DNA of 64,000 nt from a virus: positions 10,697 through 74,696 of IMG/VR virus record IMGVR_UViG_3300028534_000022; one strand, 5' to 3'. The notes below the pieces were generated by a model. The model was not told the origin of the DNA, did not search any database, and saw nothing but the letters and a program-made list of their open reading frames with translations. Each line of letters starts with the position of its first letter. The stretch's first letter is position 1. The position numbers were made by a program, and so were the translations under genes. Positions 1-9,606 of this stretch are shown here, piece by piece.

Positions 1-498
1 GTATTTGATCAAAGAGTAACCCATCATCTGTCTGGACAAGGTTGTCCTTATTGTAATTTATCTAAAGGAGAGACATTAATAATGTCTATATTGTGTAAAT
101 ATAATATAGATTATGTATCGCAATACCAGATAGAGAATTATATGTATGATATACATATTGTAGGTACAGATATTTTAATCGAATATGATGGAGAACAACA
201 TTTTAAACCAGTTACTAGATTTGGTGGATTAAAAAGATTTAAAAAACAGGTTAAAAGTGATCTTAGAAAAAATAAAGTGGCTAAAAAGAATAACTACACA
301 CTAATACGTATTCCATATACAAAATATAATGATTTAGAAAAACATTTAATTATATCGATATCTAGATATTATAAATACATATATGATGGAGTATTGTATC
401 GTGATTTTTTAGCACTTTATAGATTCTTAAAAATTAAAAAGAACATCCCTGTAAGAGATTTAGATAAATATAGACTAATTAGGCTCATACCACAGTAA
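1..498 (+). CDS. Intron-encoded putative homing endonuclease (Zn-ribbon plus DUF559/Vsr-like nuclease), 5'-truncated by the window
   Basis: Frame 1 is open from base 1 (VFDQRVTHHLSGQGCPYCNLSKGE...) into the listed ORF; motifs HLxGxGCPxC and YDI...LIEYDGEQHF...DxxKN...LIRIPY; ends just before the group I intron core. Confidence 0.8.
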   Translation, partial: VFDQRVTHHLSGQGCPYCNLSKGETLIMSILCKYNIDYVSQYQIENYMYDIHIVGTDILIEYDGEQHFKPVTRFGGLKRFKKQVKSDLRKNKVAKKNNYTLIRIPYTKYNDLEKHLIISISRYYKYIYDGVLYRDFLALYRFLKIKKNIPVRDLDKYRLIRLIPQ

Positions 499-898
499 TG
501 TAGTATGATATTCTATCTAATTGCGGGAAACCCCTTAGAGCTCTATAGTACTACTTACAGCTAGAAATAGACTGTAATACCTATACCAGTAATGGAAGTT
601 ATAGGCATAGTAAAAACCTATAGAGATTGGGCAACCGACGCAGCGAAGCACCTTAAACAGCGAGAGCTATCCTATACGGAGCGTGTGAGTTCAACGACTA
701 TCCCCTAACCAGGGAGTAGGGCTCAAGCGAGTGGGTATAGAATCCCTTAAATCGAAATGGTAGACACCCTAGCTATGTATATAGTGGGTGAAGATATAGT
801 CTATTCTAACATGAAAGTGTTAGCTGATTAGTTCTACTTAACAGTAGTATAAAGCAACTAATCGTGTATGTAGTAGCGATACATACAGAATATAAAAG
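1..898 (+). ncRNA. Group I intron (3' part; IA-like with P7 extension) in the RNAP beta gene
   Basis: P element TAATTGCGGGAAAC at 518-531, Q at ~633-648, R GTTCAACGACTAT at 689-701, S GAAGATATAGTC at 790-801 (P7 GACTAT/ATAGTC); P3 TCTATC(512-517)/GGTAGA(759-764); P9 CTAACAT-GAAA-GTGTTAG; probable omega-G at 898, just before AAA GGG GTG (KGV). The 5' end lies upstream of the window. Confidence 0.88.
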
Positions 899-1837
899 AA
901 AGGGGTGATTGTAAATATACTTAAAAAAGAGGATATGCCTAGGGACCCCGTCACTGGGATACATGCAGATATCATAATGGACCCCACGAGTATTTCGGGC
1001 CGAATGAATGTATCTAGACTTTACGAACAATACTTCAATGGTTTTAGTAGAAAGACTAAATATTTAGTAACAAATGCTATCAATAGTTATACTGGTGCAG
1101 AGTTACCTAATAGTGAAAAGATAGAAATACTAAAACCAGAAGAATCACTAGGTGTATTTACATTAGTGTTGGAATTATTGTCGTATATAGATAACGAACA
1201 ATACAAGGCATATAAATCTCTCTATGATGAAAAGAATATTTACAACATCAATAAGATTCTGTTAGAAATATTAGAGAAAGAGTTGTTCATACAGTATACT
1301 GTAAGTAATCGTAAGAAAGCTTACCAGATAGTTAAAGAACTAAAAGATACCAAATTTGCTCCTGATATAGTGTATCCTGAATATACTATTAACGGAAAGA
1401 AAGTACCTGGAAGAGGTAAAGTCATTATTGCGCCTCTTTATATTATCTTGTTATTCAAAACAGGTGACGAGTTCCTAAGTTGTGCTAGTGCGAAAACTAA
1501 TCATTATGGTTTTCCAATAAGTGCTGGTAAGAATACTAAGTATAACTTACCATGGAGGAACAGCCCTGTCAAAATAGCTAGCGAGACTGAGGCGAGATTG
1601 TTCTCAGCTTATTCTGGTCCGGAAGTGATAGCTGAATTAAAGGATAGAGCAACGAGTAAAGACACTCATGCAGAGGTCTATAAGAACATTTTAAATGCTC
1701 AAACACCCACTAATGTCGATAGATTAGTAGATAGAAGCAAAATGCCATTTGGTAATGACGCTTCGTTGCAACTAGTCAACAGTGTATTCAATTGTGCTGG
1801 TGTTGAGATAGATTATGTTCCAGAAAATTTAACCTAA
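899..1837 (+). CDS. rpoB: RNA polymerase beta subunit C-terminal part, 3' exon (phiKZ gp71-73-like non-virion RNAP)
   Basis: KGVIVNILKKEDMP...ADIIMDPTSISGRMNVSRLYE matches the RpoB HGxKGV..EDMP..D.I.NP..VPSRMN motif; PVKIASETEAR resembles GQRFGEME; no own start or RBS, follows the intron. Confidence 0.85.
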   Translation, partial: KGVIVNILKKEDMPRDPVTGIHADIIMDPTSISGRMNVSRLYEQYFNGFSRKTKYLVTNAINSYTGAELPNSEKIEILKPEESLGVFTLVLELLSYIDNEQYKAYKSLYDEKNIYNINKILLEILEKELFIQYTVSNRKKAYQIVKELKDTKFAPDIVYPEYTINGKKVPGRGKVIIAPLYIILLFKTGDEFLSCASAKTNHYGFPISAGKNTKYNLPWRNSPVKIASETEARLFSAYSGPEVIAELKDRATSKDTHAEVYKNILNAQTPTNVDRLVDRSKMPFGNDASLQLVNSVFNCAGVEIDYVPENLT

Positions 1838-1869
1838 ATATTCTCAAAGTAACCAAAGAAACAGTAGTT

Positions 1870-1894
1870 TAGAGCCGTTGTAATCACGGCTCTA
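1870..1894 (+). terminator. Hairpin terminator after RNAP beta
   Basis: TAGAGCCG-N9-CGGCTCTA followed by a T-run. Confidence 0.6.
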
Positions 1895-2000
1895 GACATA
1901 ATTATTTTTTTTTTGTTAAAGCGCAGAGAAATTTTTTTAAAGTACTATTATATAATATTATTTTAAAAAGAATAATAAAATAACTCCTTAAGGATACAAA

Positions 2001-3113
2001 ATGAACCAAGAAACAAAGAGTAGAGAGAAAGTATATGTTCCAAATGAACCAGAAACAAAAGCTATTAAATACAAAGATAGCATCGGTAAACATGTTGGTA
2101 ACTTCATAATCCTAGATACTGTAGGAGATTCCAAAGTAAAAGCCTTATGCACACTCTGTAGTAATGACCAATATATAACACGCTGGCACAAAATCAAAAC
2201 AGGACACTCTACTTCATGCGGTTGTAAACACAAACTAAAGAATCCTGAATCGCACATAGGTAAAAAATACAATATGTTAACAGTTACCAGAATCAATCCA
2301 AATAAAGATAAAGATGGTGCTGTTCTTGCTGATGTTAAATGTGATTGCGGTAACTTATCCACTAAAAGATTAAACACCGTCATCAGAGGCAAAATAAAGA
2401 GCTGTGGCTGCTTAAACAAAACAAGAGATGGTCTTAGTAGTTCAGGAGATACAAAACGTTTTATGGACATCTGGTACCAAATGATGAAACGTTGTTATCA
2501 AAAAGGAGGACATGTAACCGATAACCCTAAACTACAGTTTTTAAATAAAGAACAACCACACCCTAGATATAAAGACTATGGTGCTCGGGGTATCTATGTA
2601 GATAAAAGATGGCATGATCCTAAAACATTTGTATCGTGGTATACTAGAAATATAAGAGACCATGAAACTATGGATAGAATAAATAATGATGGTCCTTATG
2701 GTCCAGATAACTGTATGAGCAATACTATACTTAGACAAAATTTTAATCAGCGTGTTAGGAAAGATAATAAATATGATTATAAAGGAATAATTAATAACGG
2801 ACATTCATTTGGATGGACTGTAGGGTTAAATGGTAAAAAGTATAAAAAAGAAGGATATAAGTCAGCAGAAGATGCATTGTTAGATAGAAATCTATTTATA
2901 GTAGAAAATGATTTTCCTAATCCAATACAACCTATTAAGAAGAAACACGAATTAAAAACACAATACAATAGCAGAACTGATGGTTATCATTTAGCAGCAT
3001 TAAATGGATTAGATATATTCGCTATGAGTAATAGGTTTTACAGTAAAAGACACAATAAGACCTTAGTTAAAACATTAGAGTTAATGACAGAAGCAAGTAA
3101 TAAGAAAGTATAG
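2001..3113 (+). CDS. Free-standing HNH-like homing endonuclease with Cys-rich DNA-binding repeats and AP2-like C-terminus
   Basis: Two CxC...KSCGC repeats; IWYQMMKRCY, YKDYGARGIYV, TMDRINNDGPYGPDNC motifs typical of phage HNH/AP2 endonucleases; RBS AAGGA. Confidence 0.75.
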   Translation: MNQETKSREKVYVPNEPETKAIKYKDSIGKHVGNFIILDTVGDSKVKALCTLCSNDQYITRWHKIKTGHSTSCGCKHKLKNPESHIGKKYNMLTVTRINPNKDKDGAVLADVKCDCGNLSTKRLNTVIRGKIKSCGCLNKTRDGLSSSGDTKRFMDIWYQMMKRCYQKGGHVTDNPKLQFLNKEQPHPRYKDYGARGIYVDKRWHDPKTFVSWYTRNIRDHETMDRINNDGPYGPDNCMSNTILRQNFNQRVRKDNKYDYKGIINNGHSFGWTVGLNGKKYKKEGYKSAEDALLDRNLFIVENDFPNPIQPIKKKHELKTQYNSRTDGYHLAALNGLDIFAMSNRFYSKRHNKTLVKTLELMTEASNKKV

Positions 3114-3138
3114 TATAGAGCAGTTGCTCTATACTATA
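3109..3138. terminator. Bidirectional hairpin between convergent genes
   Basis: 13-bp stem TATAGTATAGAGC/GCTCTATACTATA with a 4-nt loop, overlapping the stop codon. Confidence 0.65.
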
Positions 3139-3140
3139 TA

Positions 3141-4592
3141 CTATTTTTTCTTTTCTTTTTTAGTATTTAAAAATACTTTGTTACTAAAGAAGTTACACCA
3201 GATAGAATAATCTTCAGTGGCTCTTGTCTCTATAATTACATGGTATTCGATAACACCTGGCTGTAACTCATGTGTTAACAATGTAACAACTGGGTCTAAC
3301 TTTTCTAATTTTTTAAGTTGGTTACGGTTAATGATATCTTTACCTAACTGTAAAGGTATAGTAGCTTGTATGCCTGTTTTAGTAGTATAATCTACTGTTA
3401 CATATTTTAAAGTATTATCAATAGTAATAGTTGGTACACCTTTTTCGTTAGGTTGAAAAAACATACCAGTAATATCGGTATAGATAGCTTGTGTTTTAAC
3501 TTTATCTCGTTCTCTATAATCGGCTATATGTTGCGATAGCATAATAACTTTCTCTAGTGCTTGTTTAGCTAACCCTGGAGGATAAACTTCAGTAACAATA
3601 GGTTCACCTTCTAATGCTGACAGATAGCGTCTTCCTCTATAATTAAAAGAGAATATATCGTTACCAAAAAGTTTGTGGTAATGGTAAACAAACTGACTGT
3701 ATAATACATCTAAGTTAACGGATGAAATAAGGTTAATACCCTTTAAGTGTTTCATATATTCAGTCATAACATTTTCTATTTCAGGTATTTTGTTCTTAGG
3801 CATAACTAGACCAAAAGAAGCTTCATGTGATTTCTTACCTGGCTCAACATCTGTTTTGTAGTTAAGTATTGCATACATCGGTATTTCAGTTTGACCATTA
3901 AGGAAAAACAATTGCTTATATGGAATAAGAGGATGTTTCTCTATTTTAGGTTTCCAATATTTACCAGTAGTAGCTTTAATAACAATGTCATTCTTACTAT
4001 TGCGTGTACTTAATTCTCTTCCTAGATAAGCCAATCTATCTGCTAAGTTATTACCTAAAGAAGTAGAGTGTCCTAATACTTTGGTAACAGCAATATCTAA
4101 ACCATTAGCTTTAGCGTAGTTAATAGCGTTCTCCATCATTTCCCAGTACTCTACATTTTTAGTAACCGTTAAACGCCATTCTGGGTCTTTTAATAACTTA
4201 TCATATATATGGATAGCATACTTACTATCTGTTTTAATTATAAGTGATTTAACTGTATTGGTAGTAGATGAATAATTTACAACATAGTTAATAGCTTCTA
4301 TAATACCAACTACTTCCGCAGTATTATTGGTGCCAACACCATCATGTGTTGTGTATCCATCCATATAAAATGTGGGAATAACTGTTTGATATTCTAGTTT
4401 AGCAGCATTGTTTGTTTCAAGATAACCTAAGTTAGAAATAATATAATTGTTCGGTTTATCTCCTGATTTCTTCCCTATACTATTTTCACCATACATATAA
4501 CCATGTAATCCAGCGCCCCAATAGCCAGGATTCGGGTACGCGCTTCCGTCAACGTAAAATATCGCGTGATATAATTCTTCTTCTTTAGACAT
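3141..4592 (-). CDS. rnhA: RNase HI domain protein with long C-terminal extension (phiKZ-type)
   Basis: FYVDGSA.PNPG, TNNTAE, IKTDSKY, KVLGHS..LGNNLADRLA give the RNase H D-E-D-H-D set; start moved to MSKEE at 4592 (RBS AAGGAA). Confidence 0.85.
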   Translation of the reverse strand: MSKEEELYHAIFYVDGSAYPNPGYWGAGLHGYMYGENSIGKKSGDKPNNYIISNLGYLETNNAAKLEYQTVIPTFYMDGYTTHDGVGTNNTAEVVGIIEAINYVVNYSSTTNTVKSLIIKTDSKYAIHIYDKLLKDPEWRLTVTKNVEYWEMMENAINYAKANGLDIAVTKVLGHSTSLGNNLADRLAYLGRELSTRNSKNDIVIKATTGKYWKPKIEKHPLIPYKQLFFLNGQTEIPMYAILNYKTDVEPGKKSHEASFGLVMPKNKIPEIENVMTEYMKHLKGINLISSVNLDVLYSQFVYHYHKLFGNDIFSFNYRGRRYLSALEGEPIVTEVYPPGLAKQALEKVIMLSQHIADYRERDKVKTQAIYTDITGMFFQPNEKGVPTITIDNTLKYVTVDYTTKTGIQATIPLQLGKDIINRNQLKKLEKLDPVVTLLTHELQPGVIEYHVIIETRATEDYSIWCNFFSNKVFLNTKKEKKK

Positions 4593-4642
4593 AATAATTT
4601 CCTTAATATTTATCAATGGAAAGTAGGTGATTAAAATTATAT

Positions 4643-4670
4643 ACAACTAGCTACAATTGTAGCTAGTTGT
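4643..4670. repeat. Perfect 28-bp palindrome
   Basis: ACAACTAGCTACAA|TTGTAGCTAGTTGT, overlapping the stop of 4663..4989. Confidence 0.85.
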
Positions 4671-4989
4671 AGTTACTTGTAAACAGTTCATAGTAGTTAC
4701 CTGCTTCAGTATAGTTAAGTATATTGATCTCTTTAAAATCACCTTTATAGTCAGTAGAACACACTAAACCATTGACTACGATATGTGGATAATGCAATTC
4801 CACAGGAACATCAAGATGTGTTAATAATCCTATAAAATCAAATTTATACTTATCTGCTATATTGGGATCAATAGTTATTGTTCTATCGATATAGTTATTC
4901 TTTAAAACAGGTACAACACTGTTCCATTTATTTATTAAATCCTTAGTTAATGGAAAATCATTATTTCTAGATAGGTCTTGTATTGTCAT
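4663..4989 (-). CDS. Hypothetical protein
   Basis: 108-aa ORF with RBS AAGGA, co-oriented with neighbours. Confidence 0.7.
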   Translation of the reverse strand: MTIQDLSRNNDFPLTKDLINKWNSVVPVLKNNYIDRTITIDPNIADKYKFDFIGLLTHLDVPVELHYPHIVVNGLVCSTDYKGDFKEINILNYTEAGNYYELFTSNYN

Positions 4990-4998
4990 AAGTAATCC

Positions 4999-5835
4999 TT
5001 ACATGAATTCTAAACATTCACACTTCAAACAAGAATCAACTTTTTCTTTATAGCAAGCACCACAGCGTTTACAAACATGAAAGTTTTCCATCTTTTTAAA
5101 TTTCAACTTAGGTTGTTTATCTTGTTCTAAATTACTACACGGAACACATAGTTTCTTAGAAGAAAGAATTTGTTTTGCTGATTTAGCTTTAAATAAGCAT
5201 TTACATTTTCTACATTTAAATTTAGTAACAGGCATTTCTTTTAAAATGTCGCCATCTGGTAATTCTGCATCAGCCTTAGGGACAACATTTTCAATACCAA
5301 TACCTCCTCTTAAACCATACATACTTATATGGTTACGCATATCTACTGTGCCGAAACTGTTAATAAGTAATGATAATATGCTACATGCTTTACCGTTAAG
5401 TTTGTAGTGTAACATAGGACGCAATACTTTAGACATAAATTTCATATGGTGATTACTATAACATTGTCCATTTGAAAATATAATGTATTTATTATCACAA
5501 ATAACATCATAATCACAATTATTTAATTTACAATATTCTTCAGGACTATAGTATTTTGCTTTACTAACATTATAGGGATCTTTTTCATCTTTAACTATAA
5601 TTAAAGTTTCTTTATTTTTATCAGAATAAAAGGCAGCTCCAACAATACGGAAAATATTCATCGATTTATTTCTACCGATAGTATATTGTCTATTGCCCTT
5701 TTCAGACATAATATTTCCGTGTTTATTAACTACTTCACCATCACGTGTAACATACGCAGTTGTACCAGGCACATTAGTATACTCTTTGTGATAAGCATAA
5801 AGCTTATCACCTACAATACGTACATCTTTAGACAT
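4999..5835 (-). CDS. Hypothetical protein: degenerate NUMOD4/HNH-like N-terminus and C-terminal multi-Cys zinc-ribbon domain
   Basis: Start MSKDV at 5835 with RBS AAGGAGGT, overlapping the nrdA stop; C-terminal CxxC x4 (CRKC, CVPC, CKRC, CLKC) paralogous to 57737..58126. Confidence 0.7.
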   Translation of the reverse strand: MSKDVRIVGDKLYAYHKEYTNVPGTTAYVTRDGEVVNKHGNIMSEKGNRQYTIGRNKSMNIFRIVGAAFYSDKNKETLIIVKDEKDPYNVSKAKYYSPEEYCKLNNCDYDVICDNKYIIFSNGQCYSNHHMKFMSKVLRPMLHYKLNGKACSILSLLINSFGTVDMRNHISMYGLRGGIGIENVVPKADAELPDGDILKEMPVTKFKCRKCKCLFKAKSAKQILSSKKLCVPCSNLEQDKQPKLKFKKMENFHVCKRCGACYKEKVDSCLKCECLEFM

Positions 5836-8329
5836 GACAACTACCTCCTTCACATCCAGACATTTCTTCTTCTTCAATTACTTGCGGTAACTCAGCAATT
5901 TCATTTTCTTCATTATCGTTTTTATCTTTAGTTTTAAAGTTAAGGTAATAAAGTGTTTTGTGTCCGTAATAGTTAGCCACTATTAATTCTTCTAAGAATA
6001 AACTACGTTTAATCTTATTATTTACATATTTTAATAAGTTATGATATTGGTTAAGACTCATTGCCTGGTCCATGAACTTTTGTGCTACCGCTACAAATTT
6101 GAAATAATCAATATTGTTAAAATCATCACCCCATACAGTTGTATAATATTGCCCATACTCTTTATATCCGGGAACAATTTTAGGCAATCCTGACTTTTTA
6201 GCAATTAGTCCTCTTGGTGGTTCAATACCTGGTGTAGAGTTACTAGGAATACTGCTTGTTCCAAAAGGAGCATTAGCCATAAGTGTACTATGTCTAATTC
6301 CCCATATTTTTAACTCTTTACGTAAATCTTCCCATGGTAATCCTAAATGATTGTGCTCCGCTAACTCATCTACACTTTTACGGTAAGTATCTATAGGTAA
6401 AATACCTTGACTATATTTAGTATCACGATATAACATACATGGACCAAAATCTTTAGCTAACTGAATAGATGTTTTAGTCATATAGAATGCACAAATTTCT
6501 ACTCTGTCATGAAGTAATTGTCTACCTTCTTTTGTATTATAGAATACTTTATTTTTAGCTAACATATGAAATACGTCTGAAAAACCAATTCCGATTGTGC
6601 GACGCATCTTAGCGGCTTTTTCTGTCTGAGGTAAGTCATAGTCCATATAATCAATAAGTTCGTCTTCTAGACGTACTAAATACTCGCTAGCTAATGGTAA
6701 ATCTTTTACTTCACAATGCCCTAAGTTAATACCACCTAAAATACAAACACCTATCTCGCTTAGATTAATATTTCCTTCTAAATCAAAATAATCATAAGCT
6801 TGTGTTTCATCCACAGGAGCATTTACATCGCTTGATGCGAAAGTAAATAAATCATTCATGCGATTTAATTTACACATATATTCATCATCTTCAGGAGTTA
6901 AGTAATACATCTCTCTACGCAGATCATAATACTCTATTTCGTCTCTTTCTGACTTAAACTTAATATTGCGTTTAATATTAATAACATCATAAATAGGATA
7001 ACTAGGAACGGTGATTTCTAAACAAAGGTTACTATTCTTAATAGGGATGCGCCACATGCCTTGTTCTGTTACATTATCTGCAAACATAACATATTCTCTA
7101 GCCTGCAATGCTCTTTCATCTATGAAAGTATGTAATAAACGTTTAGCACTAATAATAGTTTTTCTATCTTCAGGAACAGTTCTTTCGTATTCTTCATAAC
7201 GTTTCTTAAATTCATCGTAATCACCAAGGTAATTAGCTAAGTCAGGAACATCATTCATATAGAATAGTGTTATATTTTCATTATTAGCATAACGTTCAAA
7301 AAAGAAATCGTTAAATACAATAGCATGATCCATATCTCTAATACGTGTATCTGTAGTACCTTTAGCATTACCTAGAACCATAAATAGTTCTATTTCTCTA
7401 TGGAAGAAATAATAGAAAGATGTAGTACTACCATCTCTATCTGGTTGTGTAAATGCTTTAGTATTTTTTTCACACCCTTTAAGTATTTGGAAACTACCCG
7501 TATGCTTCATTCTTCCTTCATCGATATCAGCACCAAGTCCCCTAATATCTCCGCCATTTAAACCGATACCAGCACCACCAGCAACCAATATCAAAATAGC
7601 TCTATTAGCATTAGCAATAGTGTATTTGGTATCTCCAGTATGAATAAGTACACAAGAGATAAATCTTCTAAACTTAGTACGTAGTTGTTTAATCAATGGT
7701 GTAGGTAAACTAACTTTATGCGTGGATAGAAGGTCATAACCTATCTTAATCCATTTCTTTCTAGTTTCATTATCATACTTATCTTTATACGTAGCAAAAG
7801 CAAAGATGTTGATTAAAAGATACATCTCTTGAGGTGTTTCCATAATCTTACTATGTTTCTTAATAAGATAACTATCTACGTTAGTTTTTAATCCACCATA
7901 AGTAAATAAATCATCACGGTCATAATCTATAAAAGTATAAATTTCTGCTAATTCTTCTTTGGTATAGTTTTCTTCTAAATACTCACCATCATATACACCA
8001 CTATCGATATTGCGTTGTACCATAGTAGCTAAATTAATAGGGTTATAATCACCATATACTTTTTTACGTAGATCTTGGTTAAGTAGTCTAGCTGCAGGAA
8101 TATCATAATCAGGTTCTTCATAAACCATATTAGCTGTTGTTCTGATTAATACATCTTGAATATCTTTTGATTTAGTTTTATCTACTATCTCAGCACTAGC
8201 AGCCATTTCTATATCTGACATAGATAAGTTAGGAAAACCTCTTAATGCGAATTCTAAGTGTTTATGGTATTTTTCTGGATTAAGTGGTTCATAACTACCA
8301 TCTCTTTTTTCGATCATAATTTTATTCAT
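5828..8329 (-). CDS. nrdA: Ribonucleotide reductase class Ia alpha subunit with ATP cone
   Basis: IEKRDGSYE ATP cone; SCVLI; NSNLCLEI (catalytic C/E); CILGGINLG; RTIGIG; APFGTSS; KTLYY; C-terminal CEGGSC. Confidence 0.95.
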   Translation of the reverse strand: MNKIMIEKRDGSYEPLNPEKYHKHLEFALRGFPNLSMSDIEMAASAEIVDKTKSKDIQDVLIRTTANMVYEEPDYDIPAARLLNQDLRKKVYGDYNPINLATMVQRNIDSGVYDGEYLEENYTKEELAEIYTFIDYDRDDLFTYGGLKTNVDSYLIKKHSKIMETPQEMYLLINIFAFATYKDKYDNETRKKWIKIGYDLLSTHKVSLPTPLIKQLRTKFRRFISCVLIHTGDTKYTIANANRAILILVAGGAGIGLNGGDIRGLGADIDEGRMKHTGSFQILKGCEKNTKAFTQPDRDGSTTSFYYFFHREIELFMVLGNAKGTTDTRIRDMDHAIVFNDFFFERYANNENITLFYMNDVPDLANYLGDYDEFKKRYEEYERTVPEDRKTIISAKRLLHTFIDERALQAREYVMFADNVTEQGMWRIPIKNSNLCLEITVPSYPIYDVINIKRNIKFKSERDEIEYYDLRREMYYLTPEDDEYMCKLNRMNDLFTFASSDVNAPVDETQAYDYFDLEGNINLSEIGVCILGGINLGHCEVKDLPLASEYLVRLEDELIDYMDYDLPQTEKAAKMRRTIGIGFSDVFHMLAKNKVFYNTKEGRQLLHDRVEICAFYMTKTSIQLAKDFGPCMLYRDTKYSQGILPIDTYRKSVDELAEHNHLGLPWEDLRKELKIWGIRHSTLMANAPFGTSSIPSNSTPGIEPPRGLIAKKSGLPKIVPGYKEYGQYYTTVWGDDFNNIDYFKFVAVAQKFMDQAMSLNQYHNLLKYVNNKIKRSLFLEELIVANYYGHKTLYYLNFKTKDKNDNEENEIAELPQVIEEEEMSGCEGGSCHV

Positions 8330-8338
8330 AATTTACCT

Positions 8339-9505
8339 CTACTTTCTTCTAAATAATTTACTAATTTTACTAACCACATCTTCAACATCAGCTATGTCGT
8401 CATCAATAGCATTAGTTACATAATTAAGTACATTTTCTTTTTGTGGTAGCTTTTCTTCTTCATCATTAACCACATAATCTTCTACCCATTTGATAGGATT
8501 AACTGTGACGATAGAACCACCTAATTGATTAGCATCTGGGGTTAGACCAATAGCTAACATACGTCTAACTACTAAATAGTTCATATATTGTTTCATAATG
8601 GTAGCATTCATTCCTAAGTAAGAACCTTTAGAGAATAAATAATCCGCCCAATCACACTCTTCACGATATGCTTGATAGTATCTCTCCTTTATGCGAGGGA
8701 TGAGTTTTTTAAATGTTTCGCTAAATCCTTCATCTTCATTACGTTTAAAGAGCTTAAGTGTATGCTGAGTTAAATTAAGGTGTTCATTCTCATCGCGACA
8801 AATAAAGATTAAATCTTCTTTAAGTTCTTGCATATAGCCAGTAGTGTGTTCGATAGCCCAAATACTACTAAAGAAAGGATAAAATCTAATACCTTCTAAG
8901 ATGTTAACTTCTACCCACGCCATAATGAAATCAGATTCAATCTCCTCAATCTCTTCAGGTGTTAATGTTAAATCGTTTTGATTATAATAAATCCATTTAA
9001 TTACAGACTTATAACACTTGTTATAAACACTAGAAATACTATCAGCAATCTTAACTAATTCAGGGTCTGTAAATGATTCATCAAAAACTTCAGCAGGATC
9101 CTTATAAAAGGCTCTTAAATGTTTAGTATATGTTCTACTATGTTTATTAACTTCAAAATGATTCCATGTTGTGATAGCTGCTTCCATCTCTGGTAAGTTA
9201 GAAACTTGTGCAAACATAAACGCAGGGCCTCTACCATTTAAACTATCTAAAAAGATAGCTCTTTGTAAGCCTTTACGTGTAACAAATCTTTGTGAATCCT
9301 CTAAATTTAGTTCATGATCACTAATGTCATTCTTGATGGTTACTTCATCCCAGTTCCAATCATTACCTTGTTGTTTATTATTGTTTTTATCATACCATGG
9401 GTATTTCATAACATCGAAACGTTGTGTATTTTTATCTGTTCCGAAGAATGCTCTCTGTTGTAAAAAATCTGTTTGTTTATTACTGTATAAACTGTAATCG
9501 CTCAT
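8339..9505 (-). CDS. nrdB: Ribonucleotide reductase class Ia beta subunit
   Basis: FLDSLNGRGP, E..HSRTY, NILEGIRFY, RDENEHL; adjacent to nrdA. Confidence 0.93.
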   Translation of the reverse strand: MSDYSLYSNKQTDFLQQRAFFGTDKNTQRFDVMKYPWYDKNNNKQQGNDWNWDEVTIKNDISDHELNLEDSQRFVTRKGLQRAIFLDSLNGRGPAFMFAQVSNLPEMEAAITTWNHFEVNKHSRTYTKHLRAFYKDPAEVFDESFTDPELVKIADSISSVYNKCYKSVIKWIYYNQNDLTLTPEEIEEIESDFIMAWVEVNILEGIRFYPFFSSIWAIEHTTGYMQELKEDLIFICRDENEHLNLTQHTLKLFKRNEDEGFSETFKKLIPRIKERYYQAYREECDWADYLFSKGSYLGMNATIMKQYMNYLVVRRMLAIGLTPDANQLGGSIVTVNPIKWVEDYVVNDEEEKLPQKENVLNYVTNAIDDDIADVEDVVSKISKLFRRK

Positions 9506-9568
9506 AAGTTACCTTTCTATTTTATTCATTCTTGTCATTCTAAATAGTGTACTACAAAATAGTTATAA

Positions 9569-9588
9569 ACACATATTATTAAAATAGA
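9569..9588 (+). promoter_or_regulatory. Putative phage early promoter
   Basis: ACACATATTATTAAAATAGA; related motif at 16843, 19098, 50878, 53662, 56959 and 63329, each at the head of a + strand gene run. Confidence 0.6.
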
Positions 9589-9606
9589 TTACATAAGGAG
9601 TAAACA

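Noticed and set aside
806-1030. Short ORFs overlapping real genes (e.g. 806-, 1988-, 5686+, 17971-, 20554-, 44725-, 51647-, 57385-, 61287-)
   Set aside because: Shadow frames opposite or inside well-supported genes, with no RBS or motifs.
6743-7024. Intein in NrdA
   Set aside because: No intein N-terminal block, no His-Asn terminus and no endonuclease motifs; only a ~70-aa insert.
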